Assembly (NCBI GenBank): GCA_032718475.1
Contig: JAUCBJ010000547.1
Span: 1 to 60,355 of the forward strand
Direction: 5' to 3'
DNA length: 60,355 bases
Source of the DNA: Nemertoderma westbladi
Lineage: Eukaryota; Animalia; Xenacoelomorpha
Below are positions 49,201-60,348 of this stretch, piece after piece (positions within the stretch are counted from its first letter, which is position 1; the number at the start of each line of letters is the position of its first letter). The notes below the pieces were generated by a model, which had not been told where the DNA came from, ran no database searches, and saw only the letters and a program-made list of their open reading frames with translations. The position numbers were made by a program, and so were the translations under genes.

Positions 49201-50390
49201 ATAAATTTTTACCTCAAAATACAAAATTTTCAAATAACTTTAGTCCTACCGAACCGTAGTTCAGTAAAACACATTCCTACTATTCGAAGAGACAGTAACA
49301 ATACCTGCAATATCCTACTGTAAAGTTTGTGAATCAAATCATAAATCCGACCTTCTCACCAAAACAGTAAACTCTAAGTAAGCGAATATATTGCAGTATC
49401 GATCTCTTATAACCGGTGAGGCAGAAAACAGTCTACGAGCAGACAAACTTCGATAAAACAAAATCCCGCGCAGCGAATCCTAAAATCAGGCTGACTCACT
49501 GACGGACTAAGGGGCTCGTATACTTTGCCGCGGTGTGATTTATATGGTTGGGCGAAAGGGACGCTAGCTAGGTACAGAGGCAGAGATTTGGAGATGTCTA
49601 ACTAGCGGGCAAAGCACAGTACGGACAAAGTTAATTTTATATATTTTGAGGTGTAAATAATTTCTAACGCGCGTGTGTGTTAATTTTGAACGGTCAAAGG
49701 CAGTTTTGCTCCTTCACATATATAATTACTGGTACGGTGTGCATTTTACGAATATTCTAATTTTGTAACTTGTAGGTCCAATACTCACGAATGATAAATT
49801 TTTACCTCAAAATACAAAATTTTCAAATAACTTTAGTCCTACCGAACCGTAGTTCAGTAAAACACATTCCTACTATTCGAAGAGACAGTAACAATACCTG
49901 CAATATCCTACTGTAAAGTTTGTGAATCAAATCATAAATCCGACCTTCTCACCAAAACAGTAAACTCTAAGTAAGCGAATATATTGCAGTATCGATCTCT
50001 TATAACCGGTGAGGCAGAAAACAGTCTACGAGCAGACAAACTTCGATAAAACAAAATCCCGCGCAGCGAATCCTAAAATCAGGCTGACTCACTGACGGAC
50101 TAAGGGGCTCGTATACTTTGCCGCGGTGTGATTTATATGGTTGGGCGAAAGGGACGCTAGCTAGGTACAGAGGCAGAGATTTGGAGATGTCTAACTAGCG
50201 GGCAAAGCACAGTACGGACAAAGTTAATTTTATATATTTTGAGGTGTAAATAATTTCTAACGCGCGTGTGTGTTAATTTTGAACGGTCAAAGGCAGTTTT
50301 GCTCCTTCACATATATAATTACTGGTACGGTGTGCATTTTACGAATATTCTAATTTTGTAACTTGTAGGTCCAATACTCACGAATGATAA
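49201..50390. repeat. 593-bp tandem duplication covering the U5 end of the element B 5' LTR plus 80 bp of leader
   Basis: ataaatttttacctc at 49201 and 49794; LTR end tattcgaaga at 49281 and 49874; ATAA microhomology at the junction. Confidence 0.93.
49863..49873 (-). promoter_or_regulatory. Element B putative self-primer binding site (GTAGGAATGTG on element strand); duplicate at 49270-49280
   Basis: Abuts the 5' LTR end; exact reverse complement of element-strand CACATTCCTAC at 50912-50902 within the LTR (33670-33660 in the 3' LTR). Confidence 0.7.
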
Positions 50391-51782
50391 GGTTCCTTCC
50401 CCTCTTGCGTATTTCCAGGACTCAAATTCAGGCATAAGGTTAATGCTACGCCCAGAATTCGGCAATTTTAATTACCAGGCCCCTAATACTAAGAAGAAAT
50501 GTGTTAGTTTACTACTGTAGGCGTACAGTTACTAATAGCTATCCTGGCTCTTATCTAGAATTTTAGTCACCTAGGTAGGCTGGGTAACTTCCTATCAGGA
50601 CGTTGGCGGGGACACGGTAGATGTTAGTATATCCCTAATAGCCTCAATTTATTTGCGCCTAGTTGTAAACTCCCCTACCGCCTGAACGGTACAATCCCAA
50701 TTCAGGTGAAACACAGCAACCCTCCTAGCCTACAAGTTCTAATGCAATGGACACCGTTGTACTACAAATAGTCGCAAACGCACCTGCACTTAGCAAGAGT
50801 TAGGCGTACAGTTTGCTGCACCCTACCAATGTGTATGCTTCGTACCGGTGTGCCTACGTCCTATCTGCGTACTAGTATCTGCCTGCTCTTTCCCTCCCCC
50901 CGTAGGAATGTGAAGGTCTACTGTGGTTTTTCCTGAATCAAGACAGTACGGTCCCTAAGATGTAATTTTAGGCTCACAGCGTGTCACTACTTCTACCTTT
51001 TGATCTTTGGTCTTACGCTTAGGTAGCAAGGCGTCGAACGCTGTCTAACCTTTCAGGCGATGGGCGAATAACTAATGGTGGTATTGCGGGTTGTCTCCTG
51101 TCTACATTCCCTTGATGTTCCCGTTCATTGCTGCGGCCCGATCTCTAGCCGGCCATCCTGTTCCTAAGGGTGTTCACCGTAGTGAATCATGGTAAAAGAA
51201 AAGCAGGTAGCGGTATTTCTGAATTTATTGCAGATAATAATACAAATGTAATCTGAAAACTAATGACAGAATAAACAAATATCAGATAACTCAGAGATAA
51301 GAAATATAATCTGTGATGAGAATGATAAGATAACTAATGAACAAATCGCACCTTTATATACCAAATTTGTGCTGCAATCAATCGAGAAAATTCTCGATTG
51401 TTCTATAGGTTCTAACAGGTTTTTAAAGATAACTATTGGTCCAGCTAATATATAACTTGCACGACATTGGTTACGATCAAATAACTGCAGTCTCATTGGT
51501 TAATCTAGGTACAAACAAATGCAATTTAATTTGTAGCGGTTAATTTAAATGAGTTGAAATTCTGCACAAAAAATAATTCGCACTTACTAGGATTCGAACT
51601 CAATACCTACTACACATATAATTTCCAACGCTCTACCGACTGAGCTACTGAACCACTTGAATAATAGGCGTACAATAGATATAACAAATACAAATGAGGA
51701 CTCAAAGCAATCTTTTACAAAGTTAATTCGAATAAAAATAAAATTTTGAAAATCCACGGCATTTAGGGAATATAATTCTATA
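49874..51782 (-). repeat. Element B 5' LTR (1909 bp)
   Basis: Matches 32631-34540; flanked by TSD CAACT. Confidence 0.96.
51568..51654 (-). ncRNA. tRNA-like Pol III unit in element B LTR (5' LTR copy)
   Basis: Same sequence as 34326-34412. Confidence 0.6.
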
Positions 51783-52210
51783 CAACTATAGGAGTATTTC
51801 TCGACCTCGCAAAAGCCTTCGATACGGTCGACCACGATATACTGATTACTAAACTCGAACACTTTGGAGTTCGTGGAATCCCACTTACGTGGTTCAAAAG
51901 TTACTTGTATCGTCGACAATAATACGTAGACGTCCATGGTACATTCTCAGAAGTATCTTTAATGTTATTGAGGGTGCCTCAAGGATCTATCCTTGGGCCC
52001 CTTTTATTTCTCATCTACATCAATGATATATCTCATGTCTCCAATTTAATTAAATTACTACTTTTTGCGGATGATACAAATATTTTCATCTCTGGGAAAA
52101 ATATTAAAAACATGTTCGACATTCTTAACCATGAATTATCTAAAGTATCTGATTGGCTCACATTGAATAAATTATCAATCAATATCTCAAAAACAAAATT
52201 TGTTATTTTT
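51783..52210 (+). mobile_element. Degenerate CR1/L2-type LINE ORF2, piece 3 (RT core), 3'-truncated at satellite
   Basis: [53 protein letters not shown]; one in-frame stop. Confidence 0.92.
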
Positions 52211-52289
52211 AGCTTCCCAATAATATGAACAACCCGATTTTGAATCCTTGTACAGTAGTAACACAAGCTTCCCAATGATATGTACAACC
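52211..52289. repeat. ~1.5 units of the 50-55-bp satellite, left of the LINE insertion
   Basis: Same unit as 57072-57591. Confidence 0.88.
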
Positions 52290-52407
52290 ATGCTGCCATG
52301 CATTACACCATGCTGCCATGTCCCAGAATAGTGTCTTAAATCAGTGAAAGAGTAACTAACTAACATAACTATCTTGTATTTCTAATCTTTATACCGCACA
52401 AACTATT

Positions 52408-53763
52408 ATGTCCCAGTTGAGTCGTAATTCATCTTCGTTTGCCCCATTAATGGAGGTAGGCGAGGACGGAGATCCAGTCGAAGAGATAGTGATAGTGAAT
52501 GCGTGCCTCTCAACTGTGTTACAGGGTATGAGTGGCAAGACTTACAAAGTTGTTGCTGAGGCGTGTTTGGTTCGATATACCACGGAAGAGATTTTCAAAG
52601 CGAAAACTTTGTTGTTCGGCAAATTAGGTTGCGAGGTGGTGAATCGTCGGGACACAAATGACCGCAGTGCGGCGGCTGCCAATATGCGAGATATTTGGGA
52701 GAAGATGGTGGATTTGGATAAAGAAGGAAAACTGCCGGTAATCGCAGTTGGCGCACTGGAAGCTTTATCTCTGCCTCAGTTCAAGTCGACCGGTAGCGGG
52801 ACCGATGGTGACAGTAGAATAAACAGTGCAGATGTCGGAAGTCGTCTGTCATTGATGGATGACAAAATAGAAGCTATGCAGGAAAACATCGGAAAGAAAC
52901 TGAATGACGCAATCTCGGATATGGCGGAGATGTTACGGGCTTGTGTACCGGTACCGGTAAGTGTGCCTGACGTACCGGATACTGGAGGTCATACTGGGGT
53001 ATTTCCACCCTTAGTGGATGGAGGTTTGGGAGGTGGGACTGGTTCACAATCTCAACCATCCCTGGTTCCTCCGGTTCCTAGTACGCTGGCGGCGTACTCC
53101 TACCGGAATGCGCTTGATTCCGAAAGGCCCTCACCGGCCCGGGCCAGTGGTGCTGGGTTTCAGTTTCAGGGTTCGAGTAACTACGTTGCTCATCGTGGGC
53201 CTAGGGGTCGTTTGAGTATGATTAATACGTTTACTCCGGGGCGTAATGGTTCACTCACTCCAGGTCGTCTAGGTAGTTTGAAACGCCGACGTGTTGAGAA
53301 TGGTAGAGAACAGGTTGGGTACGATAACCAACCAGAAGATAGAGAATGGAAGGAGGTACCTCCGAAACGGCGTCGCCAACCACCCGCGCATGTTATTGGT
53401 ACTGGAGGTAGCGGGGAGGCGAGTGCAGGTGTCGGGGGTAGCCTGAAGGCTGCGCCGGGGCATATATTCGTCTTCATGTGTCATTACAGCACCAGTAAAG
53501 AAGATATTGTCAACCGGTTAGAGGATAAGGCGGGAGTTACTGTTGCAGCTTCCGACATCGAACTTAAGTCTCATAAGGACGCTCGTTCTAAAAGCTTTAA
53601 AGTCGCAATAAAGCCCGAGGATATCGAGAAGGTGTTGGTTCCAGAGGTCTGGACGCGCAATGTTTGTGTGCGTCTCTGGGAGCATCGGAGGTATAATATT
53701 AATGATAACGCGGTTGGTTACAGAGTTCAATCGGCAGCCGGGGCCCAGGGGGGTAATGTTTAA
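52408..53763 (+). CDS. LINE ORF1 protein (451 aa) with C-terminal RRM-like region
   Basis: Directly upstream of ORF2; C-terminal HIFVF...SFKVAI...PEVW..NVCVRLW pattern typical of LINE ORF1. Confidence 0.8.
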   Translation: MSQLSRNSSSFAPLMEVGEDGDPVEEIVIVNACLSTVLQGMSGKTYKVVAEACLVRYTTEEIFKAKTLLFGKLGCEVVNRRDTNDRSAAAANMRDIWEKMVDLDKEGKLPVIAVGALEALSLPQFKSTGSGTDGDSRINSADVGSRLSLMDDKIEAMQENIGKKLNDAISDMAEMLRACVPVPVSVPDVPDTGGHTGVFPPLVDGGLGGGTGSQSQPSLVPPVPSTLAAYSYRNALDSERPSPARASGAGFQFQGSSNYVAHRGPRGRLSMINTFTPGRNGSLTPGRLGSLKRRRVENGREQVGYDNQPEDREWKEVPPKRRRQPPAHVIGTGGSGEASAGVGGSLKAAPGHIFVFMCHYSTSKEDIVNRLEDKAGVTVAASDIELKSHKDARSKSFKVAIKPEDIEKVLVPEVWTRNVCVRLWEHRRYNINDNAVGYRVQSAAGAQGGNV

Positions 53764-53836
53764 CTCTTTGAATTCTTACTAACTTGTTAATACGGCAACA
53801 CCCAGACAAGCAGGAGCCGCTTCTGATATTACTGTT

Positions 53837-56800
53837 GTGTCTTATAACTCGACTGGATTAGCACCAGATAAAGTTGATTACATTAATACCTTATTATTGG
53901 GTGCAGATATAGTTTGCTTGCAAGAAACTTTTATTTTAGAGAGTTGCAGTTATAAACTCAAACAGTATTTTCCAACATGTAATTTTCTATATTTACCAGC
54001 GTTTTTCACAGCAGACAACGTTAACCATGTGGGTAGGCAATGTGCTGGCTTATGTATTTTGTACAAAAGGGAGATTGCAAAGTATATATCTCCGGTAAAA
54101 ATCGACAGTGATAATAAACGTATACAAGGGATTAAAATATCCTTACCGGGTAGTAATGGGTCCAATAATAATATTGTGTTAATTAATAGCTATTTTCCGG
54201 TTGATACGCAGTCAAATAGTTCGCTGTCCGACGATACGCTGTTATTGTTGCAGGATATTTCCCAATTATTTAGCAAATACACGGATTGTAATTTTTTGTG
54301 GTGCGGTGATTTAAACGTTGATTTTTCCCGTTTAACGTTACAAACAAGGTATATACGGGAATTTATTGATACACATTATTTAAATGTGTTATGGGATTCG
54401 GTACCGATTGACTATACATATATGCACTGCGTAGATAGTAGAACCTTTACTTCTACTATATACCACTTTATTTTAAGTACTGCTTTACACGATAATTGTT
54501 TTGAGGCTGATTCAGTGCATACAGGTGCTAACTTATCGGGGCATTCCCCTGTATATGCTAAGTTTTATATTGAGCCACTAAATCGTAATGTGTTGAATCC
54601 AGTGTATCCTATCAGGTCTAACTTTTCTAAAGCAAATGAAGTTCAGCGTGAAAATTTTCAGCGAAAATTGGATGCTGGTTTATCGGGTATTAATTTAGAG
54701 AATCCGTGTATTAACTGTAGCGATATATTTTGTAATGATTTAGATCATAGATTGTGTTTAGAAAATTTGTCTGTGAAAATCTTAGATGCAATTGAAACCG
54801 CATCTAAGGAACTTCCGCAGAGTGGTGGATCGGTAGGGGAAAACACGCGGAGGGAAATTCCGGGTTGGAATCAGTATGTAAAGCCGTATAAACAAGAGGC
54901 TGTTTTTTGGTATGGAATGTGGTGTGCTGCCGGCCGGCCCAATGGGAATCAAGGTAATTTATTTCACATGAAACAGTCTACTCGGGCACAATATAAATAT
55001 GCTGTACGTCGGATTAAGAATTCAGCTGACCGTGTGAAACGGGAAAATTTATTACGTGCTTCAGTAACCGGAAACGCAGACATTTTTGCACAAATTCGTA
55101 AACTACGGGGCAATTGTAATTTGGTTAGTGATTGTGTAAATGGGGAAACTGATCCACAAAGTATTGCGGCTGAATTTGCAGAGGTTTATAAGGTACTATA
55201 CAATCAAGATGCGCCTACTGCTGATTTTGATAATGTTGATAAGGAAATTAGGTCTGGGTTACTCAGTGGTGATTATAACGGTACAAGGTGTACCATAACC
55301 ACAGATATTATACATGATGCACTTCAGCATTTGAAGTCGAATAAGTCCGATGTGTCATACAGTTTTGATGCAGGTGCAATTATTAATGGTGGTAAAGTTC
55401 TTGAAAAACATTTGTGTATGTTATTTAATGCATTTCTTATTCATGGTTCCCTATCTAAATGTCTTCTATCAGTAGCCTTAGTACCCTTAGTAAAAGATAA
55501 GTTAGGTGATATTTCTCTGGTAGACAATTATCGTGCGATTGCTATTGCCTCTTTGATTTTAAAGGTTTTTGAATGGGTCATTATTCTATCTGAAGGAAGT
55601 AAATTAAATTTAGACGATTTACAGTTTGGTTTCACTGCAAAGTCAAGTACAAGTATGTGTACTTGGACAGTTTCAGAGGTAGTTAATTATTACATGAGGA
55701 ATGGTTCACCTGTGTATAGTTGCCTGATTGACTTTACAAAAGCTTTCGATCTGGTGCAATGGAAACAACTGTTTCTAGAACTAATTAAAAAGGGTTTTAA
55801 TTTATTATTTTTGAGGTGTTTATTTTTCATTTACAGAAATCAGACTTGTTTTGTGCGATGGTCCAATGTAAATTCACACAATTTTTCAGTGACCAATGGG
55901 GTGAGACAAGGGTCGGTAATCTCACCGACCTTGTTTTGTATTGTATTAAATATTTTAATTATAAGATTGAGGTGTTCTAAAGTAGGTTGTGTTATTGGGG
56001 CTCACTATTTTGGATGTATTGCTTATGCTGATGATGTGATTTTACTATGCCCGTCTGTCATTGGTCTACAGTTTATGGTAAATATTTGTGTTGATTTTTG
56101 TATTGAATTTAAGTTGCGTTTGAGTACAAATATTGATTTACGTAAATGTAAAACGAAATGTGTACCTTTCGGCAGGACGTGGCAGCCTCCTACTGCACGT
56201 GTAAAAGTGAATGGGATCTTACTTCCCTGGGTTCAACAAGCTAAGCATTTGGGTGTTATTTTAGATTATAAGTGCGATTTACACCAGGACGTTTTAAGTA
56301 AGAGGGGGGCGTTTATAGGTAAGTTATCAGGATTGAGACATGAATTTGGGTTTGCAACACCTAGTAATATCTCTGTTGTGCAAAAGTTATATGCAACTAG
56401 TTTTTATGGTGGGGTGTTGTGGGATTTATTCTCAAGTGATTGCAGTAAACTTTTTACCGCTTGGAATATAAATGTCCGTATGGTATGGGGTTTACCGTTT
56501 AATGCCCATCGATACATTGTAGAAGGGATTGTAGATTGTATGCATCCAAAGATAATGCTATGTCTACGTTTAATTAAGTTTGCAAAAAGTCTATTAAACT
56601 CGGGTAAATTATCTGTGCGGTTTTTGAGTACTTTTTTGTACGATGATTGTAGGAGCTCATTAGGTGCCAATTTGCGTAGGATTGCGAACCTGTCTAATTG
56701 TAATTGTTTAGAGGATATTTCGCCCCATATCGTTTCTAAGTTAAATTACAGTGCGGTACCAGATGGTAGTCATTGGAGGGTTTCGGTATGTAAAGAACTT

Positions 56801-56887
56801 GGTAATGTTTTGCGTGGCGATTTAGAGGTTGTGGGTTTTTCGCACGAGGAGGTACAAGAGATGTTGAGCGTGGTCTCTGCGAGTTAA
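53837..56887 (+). CDS. LINE ORF2: APE endonuclease + reverse transcriptase (1016 aa)
   Basis: SYN..G, DIVCLQET, NSYFP, GDLNVD, NYRAIA, QFGF, DFTKAFDLV, GVRQGSVISP, YADD. No ATG at the start (in-frame ACG at 53792); the conserved APE Asp positions read IYHF and LSGH. Confidence 0.9.
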   Translation: MSYNSTGLAPDKVDYINTLLLGADIVCLQETFILESCSYKLKQYFPTCNFLYLPAFFTADNVNHVGRQCAGLCILYKREIAKYISPVKIDSDNKRIQGIKISLPGSNGSNNNIVLINSYFPVDTQSNSSLSDDTLLLLQDISQLFSKYTDCNFLWCGDLNVDFSRLTLQTRYIREFIDTHYLNVLWDSVPIDYTYMHCVDSRTFTSTIYHFILSTALHDNCFEADSVHTGANLSGHSPVYAKFYIEPLNRNVLNPVYPIRSNFSKANEVQRENFQRKLDAGLSGINLENPCINCSDIFCNDLDHRLCLENLSVKILDAIETASKELPQSGGSVGENTRREIPGWNQYVKPYKQEAVFWYGMWCAAGRPNGNQGNLFHMKQSTRAQYKYAVRRIKNSADRVKRENLLRASVTGNADIFAQIRKLRGNCNLVSDCVNGETDPQSIAAEFAEVYKVLYNQDAPTADFDNVDKEIRSGLLSGDYNGTRCTITTDIIHDALQHLKSNKSDVSYSFDAGAIINGGKVLEKHLCMLFNAFLIHGSLSKCLLSVALVPLVKDKLGDISLVDNYRAIAIASLILKVFEWVIILSEGSKLNLDDLQFGFTAKSSTSMCTWTVSEVVNYYMRNGSPVYSCLIDFTKAFDLVQWKQLFLELIKKGFNLLFLRCLFFIYRNQTCFVRWSNVNSHNFSVTNGVRQGSVISPTLFCIVLNILIIRLRCSKVGCVIGAHYFGCIAYADDVILLCPSVIGLQFMVNICVDFCIEFKLRLSTNIDLRKCKTKCVPFGRTWQPPTARVKVNGILLPWVQQAKHLGVILDYKCDLHQDVLSKRGAFIGKLSGLRHEFGFATPSNISVVQKLYATSFYGGVLWDLFSSDCSKLFTAWNINVRMVWGLPFNAHRYIVEGIVDCMHPKIMLCLRLIKFAKSLLNSGKLSVRFLSTFLYDDCRSSLGANLRRIANLSNCNCLEDISPHIVSKLNYSAVPDGSHWRVSVCKELGNVLRGDLEVVGFSHEEVQEMLSVVSAS

Positions 56888-57071
56888 TGAATATTAATAA
56901 TAATTACCTTACTTTAATTTACTCTAAATCTGAATCTTAATGTTTTCTTTTGTGCTAATTGATTTACCTTACCTTAAACTGTGTGTACTGTAGTTATTCC
57001 GGTTCGTGTCTGTACTGATGTTTATATTATAATAATATCATGTACGTAAATAAATAAATAAATAAATAATA

Positions 57072-57591
57072 AATCCTTGTACAGTAGTAACACAAAGCTT
57101 CCCAATGATATGTACAACCCGATTTGGAATCCTTGTACAGTAGTAACACAAGCTTCCCAATGATATGTACAACCCGATATTGAATCCTTGTAGTAACACA
57201 AACTTCCCAATAATATGTACAACCCGATTTTGAATCTTTGTAGTAACACAAGCTTTCCAATGATATGTACAACCCGATTTTGAATCCTTGTAGTAACACA
57301 AGCTTCCCAATGATATGTACAACCTGATTTGGAATACTTTTACAGTAGTAACACAAGCTTCCCAATGATATGTACAACCCGATTTTGAATCCTTGTATAG
57401 TAACACAAGCTTTCCAATGATATGTACAACCCGATTTGGAATTATTGTACAGTAGTAACACAAGCTTCCCAATGATATGTACAACCCGATTTGGAATTTT
57501 TTGTAGTAACACAAGCTTCCCAATGATATGTATAACCCGATTTTGAATCCTTGTAGCAACACAAGCTTCCCAATGATATGTACAACCCGAT
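57072..57591. repeat. Satellite array, ~10 copies of a 50-55-bp unit (aatccttgt[acagt]agtaacacaagcttcccaatgatatgtacaacccgattttg)
   Basis: Directly visible head-to-tail repeats with no unique spacers. Confidence 0.95.
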
Positions 57592-59556
57592 GCTAATGTG
57601 TTAAATAGCGGTGACACCAAGGTTGTAATTTCGCAAAAGACACTTTTCCAAAACGATTATAAAAAATTTAAAAGCAAAATCGTAAATTCCGGCTTCATGG
57701 TAACAACATGGTATTAATTATAATTGCGTTTTTAGTTAAGTCCCGTTGAATACAATTAAAGAATAAGAGCTCTTATGGTGGAATTTAATTACGGTTCCCA
57801 GAACGGGTACCATTATATGATGTACAATTTCTATAAATTATTATTATAAGTTTCTCCTCCCCCCCTATATAGACAATATCTATAAATCATATGATTCAAT
57901 TATTATGTTATTGATATATATTATTGATATATTATTAGACCCATTATACAATACATACAGTAGATAAGCATAACCTATATAAAATTATTTGTAATATTTA
58001 TTATTATTTTAATATTACAAGCAAATAAACTATATTGATTTTTGCAATAGCAAAGTAAATGAAATGCCACGCATTATAGGCTGACGAAGTTTTTGGATGC
58101 AATTTTTTAGAAAGATCGGTATTAGTTAAAATAAATTATATTATACAGTACCTAATAATTTATTAAGCGTATAATTTTTTATACTATTGTATGTATGTAT
58201 AAACTTATATGCCGTCATGTGGGGTGACTTTGATAATGTGCATGACTTTTATAATACTACAGTACTACTACTAGGATCGGTATGCTGCATTGCAGCTGCA
58301 TTTTTAAGAATGCTGTGCCGGCCTATGAATGAGTCTTGTTGTCTTAATAAATGAATAATTCTTCATGTGGTGGCGTGATATTTGAACGCATTTGGAAACT
58401 TTAGTCACTTCAGCAGCTTGCAGACCAGATGTGATATGTGAAATCGTACGGTATGATTCTCCGTAGCTGTTTTTTTAAATACCTTTTTTTTGAACACCTA
58501 TAATTTGCCATACGGATATATATTTGTTATATTGTTATTTGTTATATATATGTTTGTCCGCGGGACCCTATTTATGCCCTTATGAATGAATATCAGCCCC
58601 AAAAAATATTCATACAAACATTGTTTTAAAAGTTTCTAAAATTTTTTGAATCGTTTTTTTGTCATGCATTGCCCGAAACGTTTGAACTATATTGAATCCC
58701 TCATAACTTTTCAACGGATAATGAAAACAGTTTCCATTTTCTTGGTTCTCTTAGGTCCGTTTTCTTGATAGATAATAGTCACAAATTTTATTTTAAAATA
58801 AAATGCGAAAAAAATGTTGAATTTTTGTTATTATTTATTTGGTCAATCTTTTAAGATTAATTTTCTGAACACCTATTAGCCGATTCCTCGATTGCAGTAA
58901 TTCCTCAGTAAACTGAAGTAAGTACGATACAAAAATCGTCATGAGGATACCAAAATATCAAAGTAGACCCGATGGGTGGGGCGTGTTAGATAACACTGAT
59001 ACAACTTGGGGAAATAATAAACTATGTATATGGATTTTAAGATGTGAAATAACTGTAGCTAAATATCCATTTGGAAATCCTATGGCCATTCCAAGTGGTT
59101 AATGCTAATGCAAAGCAAGTACTGTAATATTATGAAAGATATAAAAAAAATTTATTTGACTGTATTGAACAGTAATAGCATTGATTGATGATAATGATAT
59201 ATTGGAGGTGTTTAATAAATGGGTAACAATAACATTAGAATCGGTGCGATAAAGGCAAGATTTACAACGTAGTTACAATTGTTGTAGGCGATTTATTTTT
59301 TTTCGAATGGCCTGCATTTAATAAATTATCTACCAGTGCATACAATATGTTTCCTTTGTCTATATCATTCAAATCTATATATGTAACTAGTTACAACAAT
59401 ATAGTCAATTACATTTTATCGGAAATATAAAAGATTTACATAAATAGATAAACTATGAAAATGTGAAATATAAAAATATAATAATAAACAAATATAAATG
59501 TGAAAATACTATAAGGAAATTGTCCTCACATCTAAAATTAGACATATTATTTGTAT

Positions 59557-60348
59557 TTATTTGTTTGAACAAAAATTTTGTAGAAATTGATTGAGGTAAA
59601 ACCGAATCCATATGTCGGTTGCGGTAATGAAGGCAACAAAAATCTCGGGATCCAAGTTAGAGGCGTAGGCTTTGACCTTTGCGCATACAGTCCAAAAACC
59701 AAGGCGTCTCCAGTGGGGGATATTTAATATGTTGTGGGTGGCCTGTTGCGACTCAACTTTGTCTAGAACTTGGTTCAATAACACATTATGCCCTAGACTG
59801 TCATTGGGAATAAAAGATACGACAACAGGCACACCCTTGGCCATACGTGGAATGTGAATGAAGCTTTTAGGTAGGTAGAAAGTAGCTCTTGCCAAAAGAG
59901 CGACCAACATAATTTTGCTCGCATTTCTGGACAAGGTTTTGGCTGGACAACCCCTCTTGTATCCCTGACCAAATGAAATAAAGTAACCTTTACCAGGTGT
60001 CTCCTTTGTTGGTACAGAAGATGGACTCCAATCTTCCCATCGTTCTGGAATAAACTTTTCGCCATCATCCCACAACATCCTGTTACATCTAACTAAATCT
60101 AAACCCACAAGCTCCCCTTTGCTAAATGTAATATCCTTGTAAGTAAATGTTTCATGAGCCTCTCTTGCTGTCTTAGGGAACTGTGGATACAAACGGATTG
60201 ACTCGTTGACTACCCAGTCAAGGTACGTATCTTGAATGATGTCTTTGTATTCCAATTCAATAGCATTGCGCTCTAAAAGAGGTAACAACTTCTCATATAC
60301 CGCATGTGTTTTGAGAATTTCGGCCATGCTATGGCTGACACATTCCAT
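59557..60348 (-). CDS. Cytochrome P450, C-terminal part (5' part outside window)
   Basis: K-helix ESIR (ExxR), FIPERW, heme loop FISFGQGYKRGCPA. Confidence 0.88.
   Translation of the reverse strand: MECVSHSMAEILKTHAVYEKLLPLLERNAIELEYKDIIQDTYLDWVVNESIRLYPQFPKTAREAHETFTYKDITFSKGELVGLDLVRCNRMLWDDGEKFIPERWEDWSPSSVPTKETPGKGYFISFGQGYKRGCPAKTLSRNASKIMLVALLARATFYLPKSFIHIPRMAKGVPVVVSFIPNDSLGHNVLLNQVLDKVESQQATHNILNIPHWRRLGFWTVCAKVKAYASNLDPEIFVAFITATDIWIRFYLNQFLQNFCSNK

Larger units (their letters stand above)
32631..51782 (-). mobile_element. Element B: full-length giant BEL/Pao LTR retrotransposon (19,152 bp) with extra exonuclease ORF
   Basis: LTRs at 32631-34540 and 49874-51782, 5-bp TSD CAACT (32626-32630 and 51783-51787), PPT, BEL gag-pol on minus strand; removing it restores the LINE frame [22 protein letters not shown]. 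Confidence 0.96.
52290..57074 (+). mobile_element. Full-length two-ORF non-LTR retrotransposon (APE-RT; RTE-group/Proto2-like, clade tentative) with (TAAA)n tail
   Basis: ORF1 and ORF2 both open, TAAA repeats at ~57047-57074, satellite sequence on both sides. Confidence 0.88.

Noticed and set aside
57072-57591. Possible CRISPR array
   Set aside because: Units are contiguous with no unique spacers, the context is eukaryotic and there are no cas genes; it is a satellite. The minus-strand ORFs here are repeat artefacts.
58200-58880. Possible DNA-transposon remnants (ggggtgactttgat; two tgaacaccta copies)
   Set aside because: Too short, with no matching inverted terminus or transposase sequence to support a call.
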